Shown here piece by piece: positions 1 to 10,991 of a DNA stretch of 64,000 bases (its first letter is position 1; the number at the start of each line of letters is the position of its first letter). Origin of the DNA: an uncultured Luteitalea sp. (GTDB lineage: Bacteria; Acidobacteriota; Vicinamibacteria; Vicinamibacterales; Vicinamibacteraceae); NCBI GenBank assembly GCA_934541105.1, contig CAKTDA010000005.1, positions 155,245 through 219,244 of the forward strand, in the 5' to 3' direction. The translations under genes and the position numbers were made by a program. The notes below the pieces were generated by a model that saw nothing but the letters and a program-made list of their open reading frames with translations, made no database searches and had not been told where the DNA came from.

Positions 1-471
1 GAACCCCGACGAGTCCTTCCAGCCCACGACTACGCCGGTGGCCAGGTCCGGTGCGAAGCCGCCACCCGTCTTCACGCCGTTCGATCGCGTTTCCCACAGG
101 AGACCGTTCTTTCCGGCGCCATAGCCGTCACCGAGTTGGAACTCGAGCGCCTCGAACCGCGCACCATCGGTGGCCTTGATGGTCACGAAACTCGAATTGC
201 CGTCGTCCCCGTAGAAGAACCCGACGGTGCTCCCGTTGCCGAGCGCATCGAAGCCGATGAAGCTGGTATCCGGCGTGGTGATACTCAGGCCATCCTCGCT
301 GTAGGCCGACAGATCGATGCCGATGGCATCGAGGCCATCGAAGGTCGCCTTGCGATCGACGATGGTTACAGCGGAGCCGGCGCCAGTCGCGAAGATGGGT
401 GCGGCGCTTGCGTTGGCGGCAAGCCCGACGAACGTCAACGAGAGGACGAGTGCATTCGTAGTGAGCGACAT
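1..471 (-). CDS. secreted hypothetical protein, 3' part beyond window edge
   Basis: Absent from ORF track because it runs off the window. Reverse complement from ATG (comp. 469-471) reads MSLTTNALVLSLTFVGLAANASAAPIFATGAGS..., a signal peptide with an AxA site. AGGAG (comp. 479-483) lies 7 nt upstream. Frame is open to position 1 with G/C-rich third positions. Confidence 0.6.
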   Translation of the reverse strand, partial: MSLTTNALVLSLTFVGLAANASAAPIFATGAGSAVTIVDRKATFDGLDAIGIDLSAYSEDGLSITTPDTSFIGFDALGNGSTVGFFYGDDGNSSFVTIKATDGARFEALEFQLGDGYGAGKNGLLWETRSNGVKTGGGFAPDLATGVVVGWKDSSGF

Positions 472-792
472 CGTTGTGCTCCTGTTGGAGATGAAGGACC
501 GGACAGTTCGATCCGGGAACCACGCTGGATGAAGGCAAGCCGCTCGCGTTGTCGGAACGCGGGCCGGACATCGGTCGATGCTGACCTGAGCGGCAGCGCC
601 GCTGCGCTCAGCACCTGCGTCGCAACGAACCTCATGGGGAGGGGAACCGCAACGCCGCGGTCGGCTCGTGGACGTCGCGGTGCAGAAGAACACCGCTGCC
701 TTGACTAACGGAGAGCGCAGCGCGAGCGAACGGGAGCGCCGCACGTTCAGCGCCGAAACGACCGGACCTCACAGTTGGTAAGCGAGCCTGAC

Positions 793-819
793 GACTGACA
801 AACGACGGACAACGCGAGG
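793..819 (+). repeat. 27-nt direct repeat copy 1 (GACTGACAAACGACGGACAACGCGAGG)
   Basis: Matches 2389-2415 at 26/27 positions in the same orientation. The two copies bracket the TA module and the TIGR02391 pseudogene. Confidence 0.8.
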
Positions 820-962
820 CGGCGTCGAGCACCCTCCAGTGGTTTCACACGGAGACCGCCCGCTGGGAGCGCTTCGGTTGAGCACTCGCCGACGGCAGAA
901 GGCGGCGTTGCTTGGCTCCGCAGCAGACCGGCTTCCGCTTTTCAGCCGCACGGCGATTCCTC

Positions 963-995
963 TTGACCGTTCGTTGTAACGTTGTTATAACGAAC
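963..995 (+). promoter_or_regulatory. sigma70-like promoter with embedded palindromic operator upstream of the antitoxin/doc operon
   Basis: TTGACC (963-968), 17-nt spacer, TATAAC (986-991). Inverted repeat GTTCGTTGTAAC (969-980) / GTTATAACGAAC (984-995) matches 11/12 and lies between -35 and -10. It sits about 60 nt upstream of ATG 1056. Confidence 0.4.
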
Positions 996-1055
996 AGTGT
1001 CGCTGTTCTCGGTTTCAGGGCGCCGTACAAAGTCCTGCTGAAAGGGCGTCAAGCC

Positions 1056-1286
1056 ATGCCACACATCAAGGCGATCACCCGAATCGGAAACTCCGCGGGC
1101 CTGATCCTCGACCGTCCCATCATGAATCAGATGGGGTGGGACATCGCGACGGAGCTGGAGATCGTGAGTGACGGTGACCGCGTCATCCTGACGCGCCATC
1201 GACGCGCCACTGACGCGGAGGTAAGCGCCTCGGCCAAGCGAATGGTCGAGAAGCACCGAGCCTCCCTGGAGCGGTTGGGGCGCTAG
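1056..1286 (+). CDS. AbrB/MazE/SpoVT-family antitoxin
   Basis: Internal ATG at 1056 of ORF 912..1286. MPHIKAITRIGNSAGLILDRPIMNQMGWDIATELEIVSDGDRVILTR resembles a swapped-hairpin AbrB/SpoVT domain. It lies 24 nt upstream of a Doc toxin gene. Confidence 0.8.
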   Translation: MPHIKAITRIGNSAGLILDRPIMNQMGWDIATELEIVSDGDRVILTRHRRATDAEVSASAKRMVEKHRASLERLGR

Positions 1287-1310
1287 CCCACCGCAAGGAC
1301 CCGCACTTGG

Positions 1311-1712
1311 ATGGCTGACACCAACTATCTCTCGGCCGACCAAGTGCTCGAACTGCATCGTCTCGCCCTCACCGTCGGACCCAACCGTGGTGAGGGCACC
1401 CGATCCGAGCATCTGTTTCAATCGGCCGTCGCTCAGCCCCAACAGACATTTTGCGGCCAGGACCTGTACGAGACCGTCGGCCAGAAGGCGGCCGCGCTCG
1501 CGTTCTCGCTCGCCGAGAACCAACCGTTCGTAGACGGCAACAAGCGCACTGCCGCTCTTGCGATGACGGTGTTTCTCGACATCAACGGCCACACGCTCTG
1601 GCTGGAACACGACTTGGAACTTGCCGAAGTGTTCGAAGCGATCGGTCACAAGAGACTGGACCAGCCCGGCTTCTTCGCCTGGGTTGAAGAGCGGGTCAGG
1701 CTCAGCCACTAA
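1311..1712 (+). CDS. doc: Doc (death-on-curing) family Fic-fold toxin, catalytic His replaced by Gln
   Basis: ORF 1311..1712. Motif QPFVDGNKRTA matches the Doc signature HxFx[D/N][A/G]NKR except Q (CAA, 1521-1523) at the His position. Confidence 0.85.
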   Translation: MADTNYLSADQVLELHRLALTVGPNRGEGTRSEHLFQSAVAQPQQTFCGQDLYETVGQKAAALAFSLAENQPFVDGNKRTAALAMTVFLDINGHTLWLEHDLELAEVFEAIGHKRLDQPGFFAWVEERVRLSH

Positions 1713-1748
1713 CGCGCTCGTGTACCTTCTGCGTCAGGCACCCCGCTG

Positions 1749-2347
1749 ATGTCGCGCGTCCGCCTTTTCACGGGCCAGCAACTCGAGGCGATCGCGAAGG
1801 TGATTGCCGATACCGAGACCGGACTCAAAGGCTCGGAGATCGGCCACATCCTCGCCAGCGCTGGCATCAAGGACGTCTCCCCCGACAGCACGAAGTGGAT
1901 TCGCCTGTACAACGCCTGGGTCGAAGACCAGAACTCCGCCCGGATGGGAAACTGCGTGATCAAGGTCATCACGCGTGCGATGTCGCCGATCCGATACACC
2001 ACCAATACGACCTGTTCAGGCGACGGCAAACGGACCTGAATCAAGTCCTCGTGATGTGCGGGATGCGGCTGGGTGATGACGGTCAAGTGCGGAATCACGC
2101 GGCGGCGACGACGCTCACAGAGGCCCAAACTCGAGCCGGCCGGCTGCAATCTGCGTTGGAGTGGCGAGGAGTGCATCCGGACGTGCTCACGTACTGTCGC
2201 GCGGAGCTGCTGCAGGAGAACTACTTCCACGCGGTGCTCGAAGCGATGAAGAGCATCGCGGCGAAAATTCGAGCCATGACTGACCTCCCGTCGGACGGGG
2301 CGGCCCTTGCGCAGGAGGCGTTCGGCTTGTCTAGCCGTGATCGCTAG
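1749..2347 (+). pseudogene. TIGR02391 (Hypoth_Ymh) family gene, frameshifted and 3'-truncated
   Basis: Two overlapping ORFs in different frames (1749..2039, 1895..2347). The first carries FTGQQLEAIAKVIADTETGLKGSEIGHIL...TKWIRLYNAW. The second carries HPDVLTYCRAELLQENYFHAVLEAMKSIAAKIRAMTDLPSDGAALAQEAFG. The frame switch is near 1990-2010, and the ORF ends before the usual C-terminal third of the family. Confidence 0.7.
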
Positions 2348-2388
2348 CGATGCATTTCGAGGCTGGCCGAGCAGGACCACCGGTCTGG

Positions 2389-2415
2389 GACTGACAAACG
2401 ACTGACAACGCGAGG
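2389..2415 (+). repeat. 27-nt direct repeat copy 2 (GACTGACAAACGACTGACAACGCGAGG)
   Basis: 26/27 identity with 793-819. Lies 98 nt from the 3' end of tRNA-Arg. Confidence 0.8.
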
Positions 2416-2512
2416 TAGCCTCAAGTTGCCTCTGGCTGTCTCCAGACGGAAGGCGCTCGCCGAGCGCAATTTGGATGTGTTCTCGTAAATCTTTGTAGGT
2501 CAGGCACTTAGT

Positions 2513-2589
2513 TGGCACGCCCGGCAGGGCTCGAACCTGCGACCCCCGGCTTAGAAGGCCGGTGCTCTATCCAGCTGAGCTACGGGCGC
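2513..2589 (-). tRNA. tRNA-Arg (anticodon TCT), CCA encoded
   Basis: Reverse complement is GCGCCCGTAGCTCAGCTGGATAGAGCACCGGCCTTCTAAGCCGGGGGTCGCAGGTTCGAGCCCTGCCGGGCGTGCCA. It shows a cloverleaf, D-loop AGCTCAGCTGGATAGAGC, anticodon loop CTTCTAA and T-arm GGTTCGAGCCC. Confidence 0.93.
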
Positions 2590-2659
2590 ACTCCCGCCGA
2601 TTATCGCACCCGTCCGCCGTGACGGCTCCGCCACCCGGCGCGGCGATGCGATCACCGGC

Positions 2660-3268
2660 TCACGGTGCCGACGCGGCGCGTGCGAGGAACGCATCGCAGT
2701 GCGCACGCAGTGCCGGGAAGAACTCCGCGAAGTCGGCCGAGAACTCGCCGTACTGCGCGGCGAGGTCGTCGGCCGCACCGCCGATGCCCGCCGCGACGGG
2801 CGTGCGGCGGGCCATCCCGCGCAGGGCACTCGCCACGCCCTCGATGCTCGCGTAGCCGGTGAGCCAGCGGCCGCGCGTCATGGCGTGCACGAGCGGGTGC
2901 ACATCGCCGGGAAGGCGCGCGAGGTTCACGCGGAGCGTGCGATGGACGTCGTCTGCGAACGCGTCGAGGTCGCCCTGACCGTGCACCGGCCACTCACGCG
3001 CGAGCACGTGGTCGTAGTAGATGTCCACGAGCACGCCCGACAGCAGGCCGTACCGGCCGGCGATGCGCTGCTTGCTGCGGCGCACGACCGGGTGCCTGTC
3101 CGAGAACGAGTCGATCGTGCGGTGCAGCCGGATGCCCGTGCGCATCCGCTCGCTGACCCCCGGATGGTCGAACCGCTCGACGCGCCCCTTGACGGTGTCG
3201 CCGAGCAGGTTGCCCAGGCGGAGCTCGTCGTCGTCAGCCGACAGGAGGAAGTGCGCGAGGAAGTTCAC
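2660..3268 (-). CDS. acpH: acyl carrier protein phosphodiesterase
   Basis: ORF 2660..3268. N-terminus MNFLAHFLLS...LGNLLGDTVKG...GIRLHRTIDSFSD parallels E. coli AcpH (MNFLAHLHLA...GNLLADFVRG...HRRID). Confidence 0.85.
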   Translation of the reverse strand: MNFLAHFLLSADDDELRLGNLLGDTVKGRVERFDHPGVSERMRTGIRLHRTIDSFSDRHPVVRRSKQRIAGRYGLLSGVLVDIYYDHVLAREWPVHGQGDLDAFADDVHRTLRVNLARLPGDVHPLVHAMTRGRWLTGYASIEGVASALRGMARRTPVAAGIGGAADDLAAQYGEFSADFAEFFPALRAHCDAFLARAASAP

Positions 3269-3273
3269 ATGGG

Positions 3274-5423
<2,150 letters not shown>

Positions 5424-6446
5424 CCATCGGCCTGCCGCCGGCGCTGCAGGCCGCAATCGACGCCGAGCTCGACGCCCGTGCGACGGGCCGTCTCGGCGAG
5501 GCATCCGCCGCACTCACGCGCGAGTACGCGGCCGGGCGGGCGTCGGCCGTGGCCGACCCGCGCCAGCACGCCGCCTACCTTGCCGCGCGACTCCCGGCCA
5601 CGTATGCGGCAGTGAGCGCGACGCTTGCGATGATCCCGGCCGACGTCCGCGACAGGCTGCGGACGCTGCTCGACCTCGGTGCCGGTCCCGGCACGGCGAC
5701 ATGGGCCGCACGCGAGCGGTGCCCGAACCTCGAATCCGCCCTCCTCGTGGATCGCAGCGCCGACCTGCTCGCGACCGCTGCGCGCCTCGGGCGGACGAGC
5801 GGCGCCGACGCCGCGGTCGCCGTCACCACCCGGGTCGGCGATGCGTCGCGGGGCACCTGGCCACGGGCCGATCTCGTCATCGTCGCCTATGCCCTCGCCG
5901 AACTCGACGGCCCGTCGCGCACCGCGGCACTCGCGGCAGCGTGGGCCGCCACCGCGGACGTCCTCGTGCTCGTCGAGCCCGGCACGCCGGATGGGTTCGA
6001 GCGCCTGCGCGACGCCCGCAGCCGGATGCTCGCCGGCGGAGCCGCCCTCCTGGCACCGTGTCCGCACGCAGGGGACTGTCCGATGACGGGTGCCGACTGG
6101 TGCCACTTCGCGGTGCGCGTCCCGCGCACGCGCCGGCATCGACACGTGAAGGGCGGCACGCTCGGCTACGAGGACGAGAAGTTCGCGTGCCTCGTGATGG
6201 GGCGTGCTGCTGCGGCGCCGGGTGAGGAGGCTCGCGTGCTGCGGCATCCACGCATCGACAAGGGCCGCGTGGGACTGACGCTGTGTACGACCGACGGGAT
6301 CGCGCGCGTGACGATCACGCGCCGCGACGAGACGTATCGTGCCGCCCGGAAGGTGGGGTGGGGCGACGCCTGGGGCGCCGCCCCGATCAGGGCCGCCGAC
6401 GATGAGCCGTCGCAGGACGACGGCGGTGCGTGCCAGGCCTGACCGG

Positions 6447-6968
6447 CTAGCGGCCCTCGCTCGACGGGGGCACGATCCCCTTGAGCCGCATGTACGTGAC
6501 CATGTTGCCGTAGTGCTCCATGTTGTGGATGTTGTTGAACGCGAAGATGCCGAGCCGCGGCGTCGGGCCCGTGAAGAACTTCATCTCCTCGGCGGCGGTT
6601 GCGGGCGTGAGCTTCGTGAAGAGCCCCTCGCAGTACGCGAACGAGTCGGCAAGCGCCTTCTCGAGCGCAGCCTTGCCGGTCACCGTCTTCTCGATGTTGC
6701 CCGGCGCCGGGCTCTTCTCGCCCATCGCCGCGGCGCAGATCATGTAGTTGGCGTTGGCCACGTGGCCGACGAGTTCGCCGAAGCTGCGCACCTCGGGCGT
6801 CGGCTTGAACGCGTAATCGGCCTCCGACACTTTCGCCGCCGACTTCACCAGGTTGGACTTGATCATCTCGTGCTGGGCCCTGGTCGCGGCGATGAACCCG
6901 TCCTGCGCCGACGCCAGCCCGGCCGTACACACCACTGCCATCACTGCCATTGCCACACGTGTCACCAT
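6447..6968 (-). CDS. DinB-family protein with signal peptide
   Basis: Internal ATG (comp. 6966-6968) of ORF 6447..7286, preceded by GGGAGG. MVTRVAMAVMAVVCTAGLASAQ signal. HVANANY...HNMEHYGNMVTYMR shows the DinB helix-bundle His pattern. Confidence 0.8.
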   Translation of the reverse strand: MVTRVAMAVMAVVCTAGLASAQDGFIAATRAQHEMIKSNLVKSAAKVSEADYAFKPTPEVRSFGELVGHVANANYMICAAAMGEKSPAPGNIEKTVTGKAALEKALADSFAYCEGLFTKLTPATAAEEMKFFTGPTPRLGIFAFNNIHNMEHYGNMVTYMRLKGIVPPSSEGR

Positions 6969-7080
6969 GAGGTTCCTCCCACCGGGGATTCTACTCACGG
7001 ACACGGTCCGGTCGTCCCCTGCCATTTCTGCTAGCATCTCCGTGCCACCTGTGAGTGTTCGCTTGCGAAAGGACTCGTGC

Positions 7081-7659
7081 ATGCGCCGTGGGACCAGGTC
7101 CTTCCTCCTCTGTAGTGCTTTCGTCGCCGGACTGGCATGCTCCACCGGGGCCTCGCCGAACGAGAACATCCAGTTGCCGGCGAGCGCGCCTCCGGCCGAG
7201 CGCCGTCCCGACGTGATCTTCGTGCCCACTCGCGAAGCCGTCGTGGAGGCGATGCTGAAGGCGGCAAAGGTCGGCCCGAACGACATCGTCTACGACCTCG
7301 GCTGCGGCGACGGCCGCATCGTGATCGCGGCCGCGAAGCTCGGCGCGCGGGGCGTCGGCATCGACATCGATCCGCAGCGCATCAAGGAAGCCAACGCGAA
7401 TGCGGCGGAGGCCGGCGTCAGCGGCAAGGTGGACTTCCGGCTCGGCGACCTCTTCGAGGCCGACATCCGCGAGGCGACGGTCGTGACGCTCTACCTGCTG
7501 CCGAGCCTGAACGTGAAGCTCAAGCCGCGGCTGCTCGAGCAACTGCGACCCGGCACGCGCATCGTCTCGCACGACTTCGACATGGGTGACTGGCAGCCCG
7601 AGGAGACCATCCCGGTCGACGGCAAGACCGTCTATCTCTGGCGGATCCCGAAGAAGTAG
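7081..7659 (+). CDS. class I SAM-dependent methyltransferase with lipoprotein-like signal
   Basis: ATG 7081 inside ORF 6853..7659. MRRGTRSFLLCSAFVAGLACS signal and VYDLGCGDGRIVIAAAKLGARGVGIDID motif I. Confidence 0.8.
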   Translation: MRRGTRSFLLCSAFVAGLACSTGASPNENIQLPASAPPAERRPDVIFVPTREAVVEAMLKAAKVGPNDIVYDLGCGDGRIVIAAAKLGARGVGIDIDPQRIKEANANAAEAGVSGKVDFRLGDLFEADIREATVVTLYLLPSLNVKLKPRLLEQLRPGTRIVSHDFDMGDWQPEETIPVDGKTVYLWRIPKK

Positions 7660-7660
7660 C

Positions 7661-10072
7661 TCACGAGGCCACCGACGGCGCCAGGCGTTCGAGCGTGTCC
7701 ACGAGCACGCCTGGCTCCACCGGCTTGGCGAGGTGGGCGACGAAGCCGGCACTGAGCGCGCGCTCGCGATCGGCGGCGCGCGCGAGACCGCTGATCGCGA
7801 TGGCCTGCACGGGGACGCCGTCCGCCGTGCGGCCAATCGCCTCGAGCAATGCGTAGCCGTCCATCCCCGGCATGCTCAGGTCGGTGACGAGCACCTGTGC
7901 CGGCCGCACCGTCCAGGCCGAGAGCGCTTCCGGCGCGGACGTCGCCGTCCTGACCATCGCGCCCTCCCGGCGCAGCACGAACGCAATCAGCTCCACGGTG
8001 TCGAGGTGATCGTCCACGACGAGAAGATCGAAGCCTTCGAGGCGGCTCGTCCCTGGCCGCGGTGACTCGACACCCCCGTCGGCCATCTCTCCCCCGCGGT
8101 TTCGCGTCGGCGCAAGCGGCAGCGTCACCGTGAACGTCGCGCCGGTCCCCGGCCCCTCGCTCGCGACGTCGATGGCGCCCCCGAGGTGCTGGACGATGTG
8201 CCGGGTGATCGAGAGGCCGAGGCCGAGGCCCTCGTGCCGTCGCGTCGAGCCGGTGTCGGCCTGCCGGAAGCGCTCGAAGATGCGCGGCAGCATCTCCGCG
8301 GCGATGCCATCGCCAGTGTCGTGCACCACCAGGTGCGCGAAGCTGCCGTCCTCGCCGCACGTGACGCGGATGCGTCCGCCGGCCGGCGTGAACTTCACCG
8401 CGTTCGTGAAGAGGTTCGACACGACCTGCCGCATGCGCTCGCGATCGGCGACGACGAACGGGTCGGCCGTGAACGACGCCTCGACGCGCAGCTGCTTGGC
8501 GGCGGCAAGCGGCTGCAGTTCGTCGATCGTCTCGGCAACCACGCGCGCGAGCGGCAGCGTGGTGAGGTGGAACACAAGCTTGCCGGTGACGATGCGCGAG
8601 ACGTCGAGCATGTCGTTGATCAGCTGCGTCTGCTGGCGGAGATTGCGATCGATGGTGTCGAGCGCCCGGCGCGCCGAGTCGGTGTCGAGCGAGGTGCCGC
8701 GCAGCACCTGCACCCAGCCGAGCACGGACTGCATGGGCGAGCGCAGCTCGTGCGACAGCACCGCCAGGAACTCGTCCTTCGCGCGGCTCGATCGCTCCGC
8801 CGCCTCGCGTGAGGCCTCGGCCGCCTCCCGCGAGGCCTCGGCGGCCTCGAGCAGGGCCTGCCGCTCGGTCACCCGCTCCTGCAGGTCGACGTTCAGCCCG
8901 TGGATGCGCTGCTCGGTGGCCCGCTGCGTGGTGACGTCCTGCAGCACGCCCTGAATCATCGTCATCGTGCCGATGTTGTCGAACAGGATGCGGCCGCGGT
9001 CCTCGATCCAGACGGGTCCCGTGCGCCCGAACAGGTAGGCGTCGGCGAGCCGGTACTGCGACTGGTACTGGCCGTCGGCGGTACGGGACGCGCGCCGGAC
9101 CCGATCGGCATGGGCCGCGAAGTCCTCGGGATGCACCAGCGCTTCGCCGCCGGCCCGGCTCGCGGGCAGCATGTCCACGGGAATGCCGAGGACGTCGGCC
9201 GCCGACGGGCTGTAGGTGACGCGATCGGCGCGCGTGTCGTACTCCCAGGCGGCCATCCGCGCCGCCTCGAGCGATCGATGCAGCCGCTCCTGGTGGCGGA
9301 GGCTCGCCTCGCGCAGGCGGCGCGCCTCGGTGACGTCGTGGAAGGTCACCGAGATGCCCTCGGCGGTCGGCGAGATGCGCAGTTGCGTCCAGCGCCCGGG
9401 CGCGAGCAGGGCGGGCAGTTCGACGTCCACCGATTCCCGGTGCTCCATCACGTGCCGGAAATAGCTCTCGAGCGGCGTGCCGAGCGCCTGCGGAAAGACG
9501 TCCCAGCAAGTGCGGCCAATCAACTGGCCTTCCGTCCTGCCGAAGTACTCCTGCGCGGCGCCGTTCACGTACGTGTAGCGCCAGCCGAAGTCCACGGCGA
9601 CGAACGCGTCGGTGATGCTGTCGAGCACGGTCTGCACGCGATGCTCGGCGCGCTCGGCCTGCCGTCGCGCCGTGCTGGTGGCATGCGTGAGCCAGACGAT
9701 CAGGCCGCCGACGACGAGGAAGATGAGGACGGAGTTGGCGGCCGGCGCCGGCAGCGGGTCGGCCGGCGACCAGAACAGCAGGCTCGCCGCGGCCGACAAC
9801 ACGAGCGCCGCGATGCCGCCGCCGAGCCCGCCGACGAGCGCGGCAATGACGATCGCCGCGTAGAAGGGGCTGAACGTCGTGGTGCGCGCGTCGAAGCCGA
9901 TGGCGACGAGCGCGTCCCGGCACATCGCCGCGGCTGCGACGAGGAGCACACCCAGGCCGTATCGGCCGATCGGCGAATCGACACGCCAGCTGCGCACGGG
10001 AGGTTGGGGGTGCGGCGGGTGGACGCACCCTCCGGACGAGCGAGTTGACCCGAGTCGGCGGCCCCAGGTCAA
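7661..10072 (-). CDS. PAS-domain hybrid sensor histidine kinase / response regulator
   Basis: ORF 7661..10072. N-terminal membrane segment, two PAS-like regions, H-box LAVLSHELRSPM, HATPase N/G boxes (NAVKFTPAGG, DTGDGI, GLGLGLS) and a C-terminal receiver (LLVVDDH...TDLSMPGMDG...LAKP). The track start is TTG; GTG at comp. 9997 is an alternative. Confidence 0.9.
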   Translation of the reverse strand: MTWGRRLGSTRSSGGCVHPPHPQPPVRSWRVDSPIGRYGLGVLLVAAAAMCRDALVAIGFDARTTTFSPFYAAIVIAALVGGLGGGIAALVLSAAASLLFWSPADPLPAPAANSVLIFLVVGGLIVWLTHATSTARRQAERAEHRVQTVLDSITDAFVAVDFGWRYTYVNGAAQEYFGRTEGQLIGRTCWDVFPQALGTPLESYFRHVMEHRESVDVELPALLAPGRWTQLRISPTAEGISVTFHDVTEARRLREASLRHQERLHRSLEAARMAAWEYDTRADRVTYSPSAADVLGIPVDMLPASRAGGEALVHPEDFAAHADRVRRASRTADGQYQSQYRLADAYLFGRTGPVWIEDRGRILFDNIGTMTMIQGVLQDVTTQRATEQRIHGLNVDLQERVTERQALLEAAEASREAAEASREAAERSSRAKDEFLAVLSHELRSPMQSVLGWVQVLRGTSLDTDSARRALDTIDRNLRQQTQLINDMLDVSRIVTGKLVFHLTTLPLARVVAETIDELQPLAAAKQLRVEASFTADPFVVADRERMRQVVSNLFTNAVKFTPAGGRIRVTCGEDGSFAHLVVHDTGDGIAAEMLPRIFERFRQADTGSTRRHEGLGLGLSITRHIVQHLGGAIDVASEGPGTGATFTVTLPLAPTRNRGGEMADGGVESPRPGTSRLEGFDLLVVDDHLDTVELIAFVLRREGAMVRTATSAPEALSAWTVRPAQVLVTDLSMPGMDGYALLEAIGRTADGVPVQAIAISGLARAADRERALSAGFVAHLAKPVEPGVLVDTLERLAPSVAS

Positions 10073-10114
10073 GCTGAAGTTGCGTCGTATGCCGGGAGCA
10101 GCAGGGACCGTCCG

Positions 10115-10975
10115 TCAGGCAGGCACGACAGGCACCGGGTCGCGCGACGGCTGCATCGCGCGGATCGTCGTGGCGGCCAGGACGAGTGCGCCGCCGATGC
10201 CGCCGAGGAGTCCTGGTGTCTCGCCGTGGACGAGCCATGTCCACAGCGGATTGAGCGCGGGCTCGAGCAGCAGCAGCAACGACGCCTCGAGGGCCGTCAG
10301 CGTGCCGACGCCGCGCGTCAGGAGCAGGTAGGCGAGCGCGAGCTGGAAGCAGCCCAGGTACCCGACGACCACCCAGTCCACCACGGTCGTGCCCACCACG
10401 GGGAAGGCGAGTGGTGCGCACAGCAGGAACGCGAAGACGTTGCCGTAGAAGGTCGCCGCGATGGCGACCGCGGGACCGTCGGTCCGCGAGACGTGACGCA
10501 TGCCCGCGAGCACGAGCGCCCACGTCACGCCGCTTGCCGCGCCGATGATGTTGCCGGTGACCGGGTCGGGCGCCGTGACCGAGGGCGCCACCGATCCGGC
10601 AAAGAGCAGCAGCAGGCCGACGCCGACGACTCCGAGGAACGGCACGTCGCGCGCGTGCACGCGCTCGTGCAGCAGCCACGGCCCGAGCAGCACGAGGTAC
10701 AACGGCGCCGCCGCCTGCAGGAAGACCGCGTGTGCCGCAGTCGTGAGCTTGTTGGCGACGATGAAGCTGATGAAGGTGACGGCAATGACGAGCGCGATGA
10801 GCAGCGTGCGGCGGGTCGGCCGCAACGGCACGCGCGCGACGAGCAGCAGGAAGACCGCCGCGACTGCCGACCTGAAGCCCGCCACCTGCCACGACGTCAG
10901 CGTCGTGGCCTTGACCACGACGCCTGCCGTCGAGAAGAGCACTGCAGCGATGAGGACCTGGAGACGCGCCGGCAT
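10115..10975 (-). CDS. DMT-superfamily (EamA-like) transporter
   Basis: ORF 10115..10975, about 10 predicted TM helices with a two-fold EamA-like repeat. Lies 16 nt downstream of the MCP gene. Confidence 0.85.
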   Translation of the reverse strand: MPARLQVLIAAVLFSTAGVVVKATTLTSWQVAGFRSAVAAVFLLLVARVPLRPTRRTLLIALVIAVTFISFIVANKLTTAAHAVFLQAAAPLYLVLLGPWLLHERVHARDVPFLGVVGVGLLLLFAGSVAPSVTAPDPVTGNIIGAASGVTWALVLAGMRHVSRTDGPAVAIAATFYGNVFAFLLCAPLAFPVVGTTVVDWVVVGYLGCFQLALAYLLLTRGVGTLTALEASLLLLLEPALNPLWTWLVHGETPGLLGGIGGALVLAATTIRAMQPSRDPVPVVPA

Positions 10976-10991
10976 GAGCCGGCGGATCGTA

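Noticed and set aside
600-1000. Small ORFs 435..635, 632..832, 769..951, 845..1030 (all minus) and the 5' part of 912..1286
   Set aside because: They are short, mutually overlapping and Arg/Ser/Pro-rich, with no RBS or motifs. The region is better explained as non-coding DNA carrying the 27-nt repeat and the TA promoter.
2431-2467. Small inverted repeats (TCTGG..CCAGA, GCGCTCG-C-CGAGCGC) downstream of the tRNA as its terminator
   Set aside because: The loop is too small (1 nt nominal), there is no U-tract, and the distance from the tRNA 3' end is about 46 nt. It is not distinguishable from chance GC palindromes.
1-2512. An intact prophage or integrative element next to tRNA-Arg
   Set aside because: No integrase, recombinase, transposase or phage structural gene is visible on either strand. 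Only a TA pair and a broken TIGR02391 gene are present, so I describe it as a remnant.
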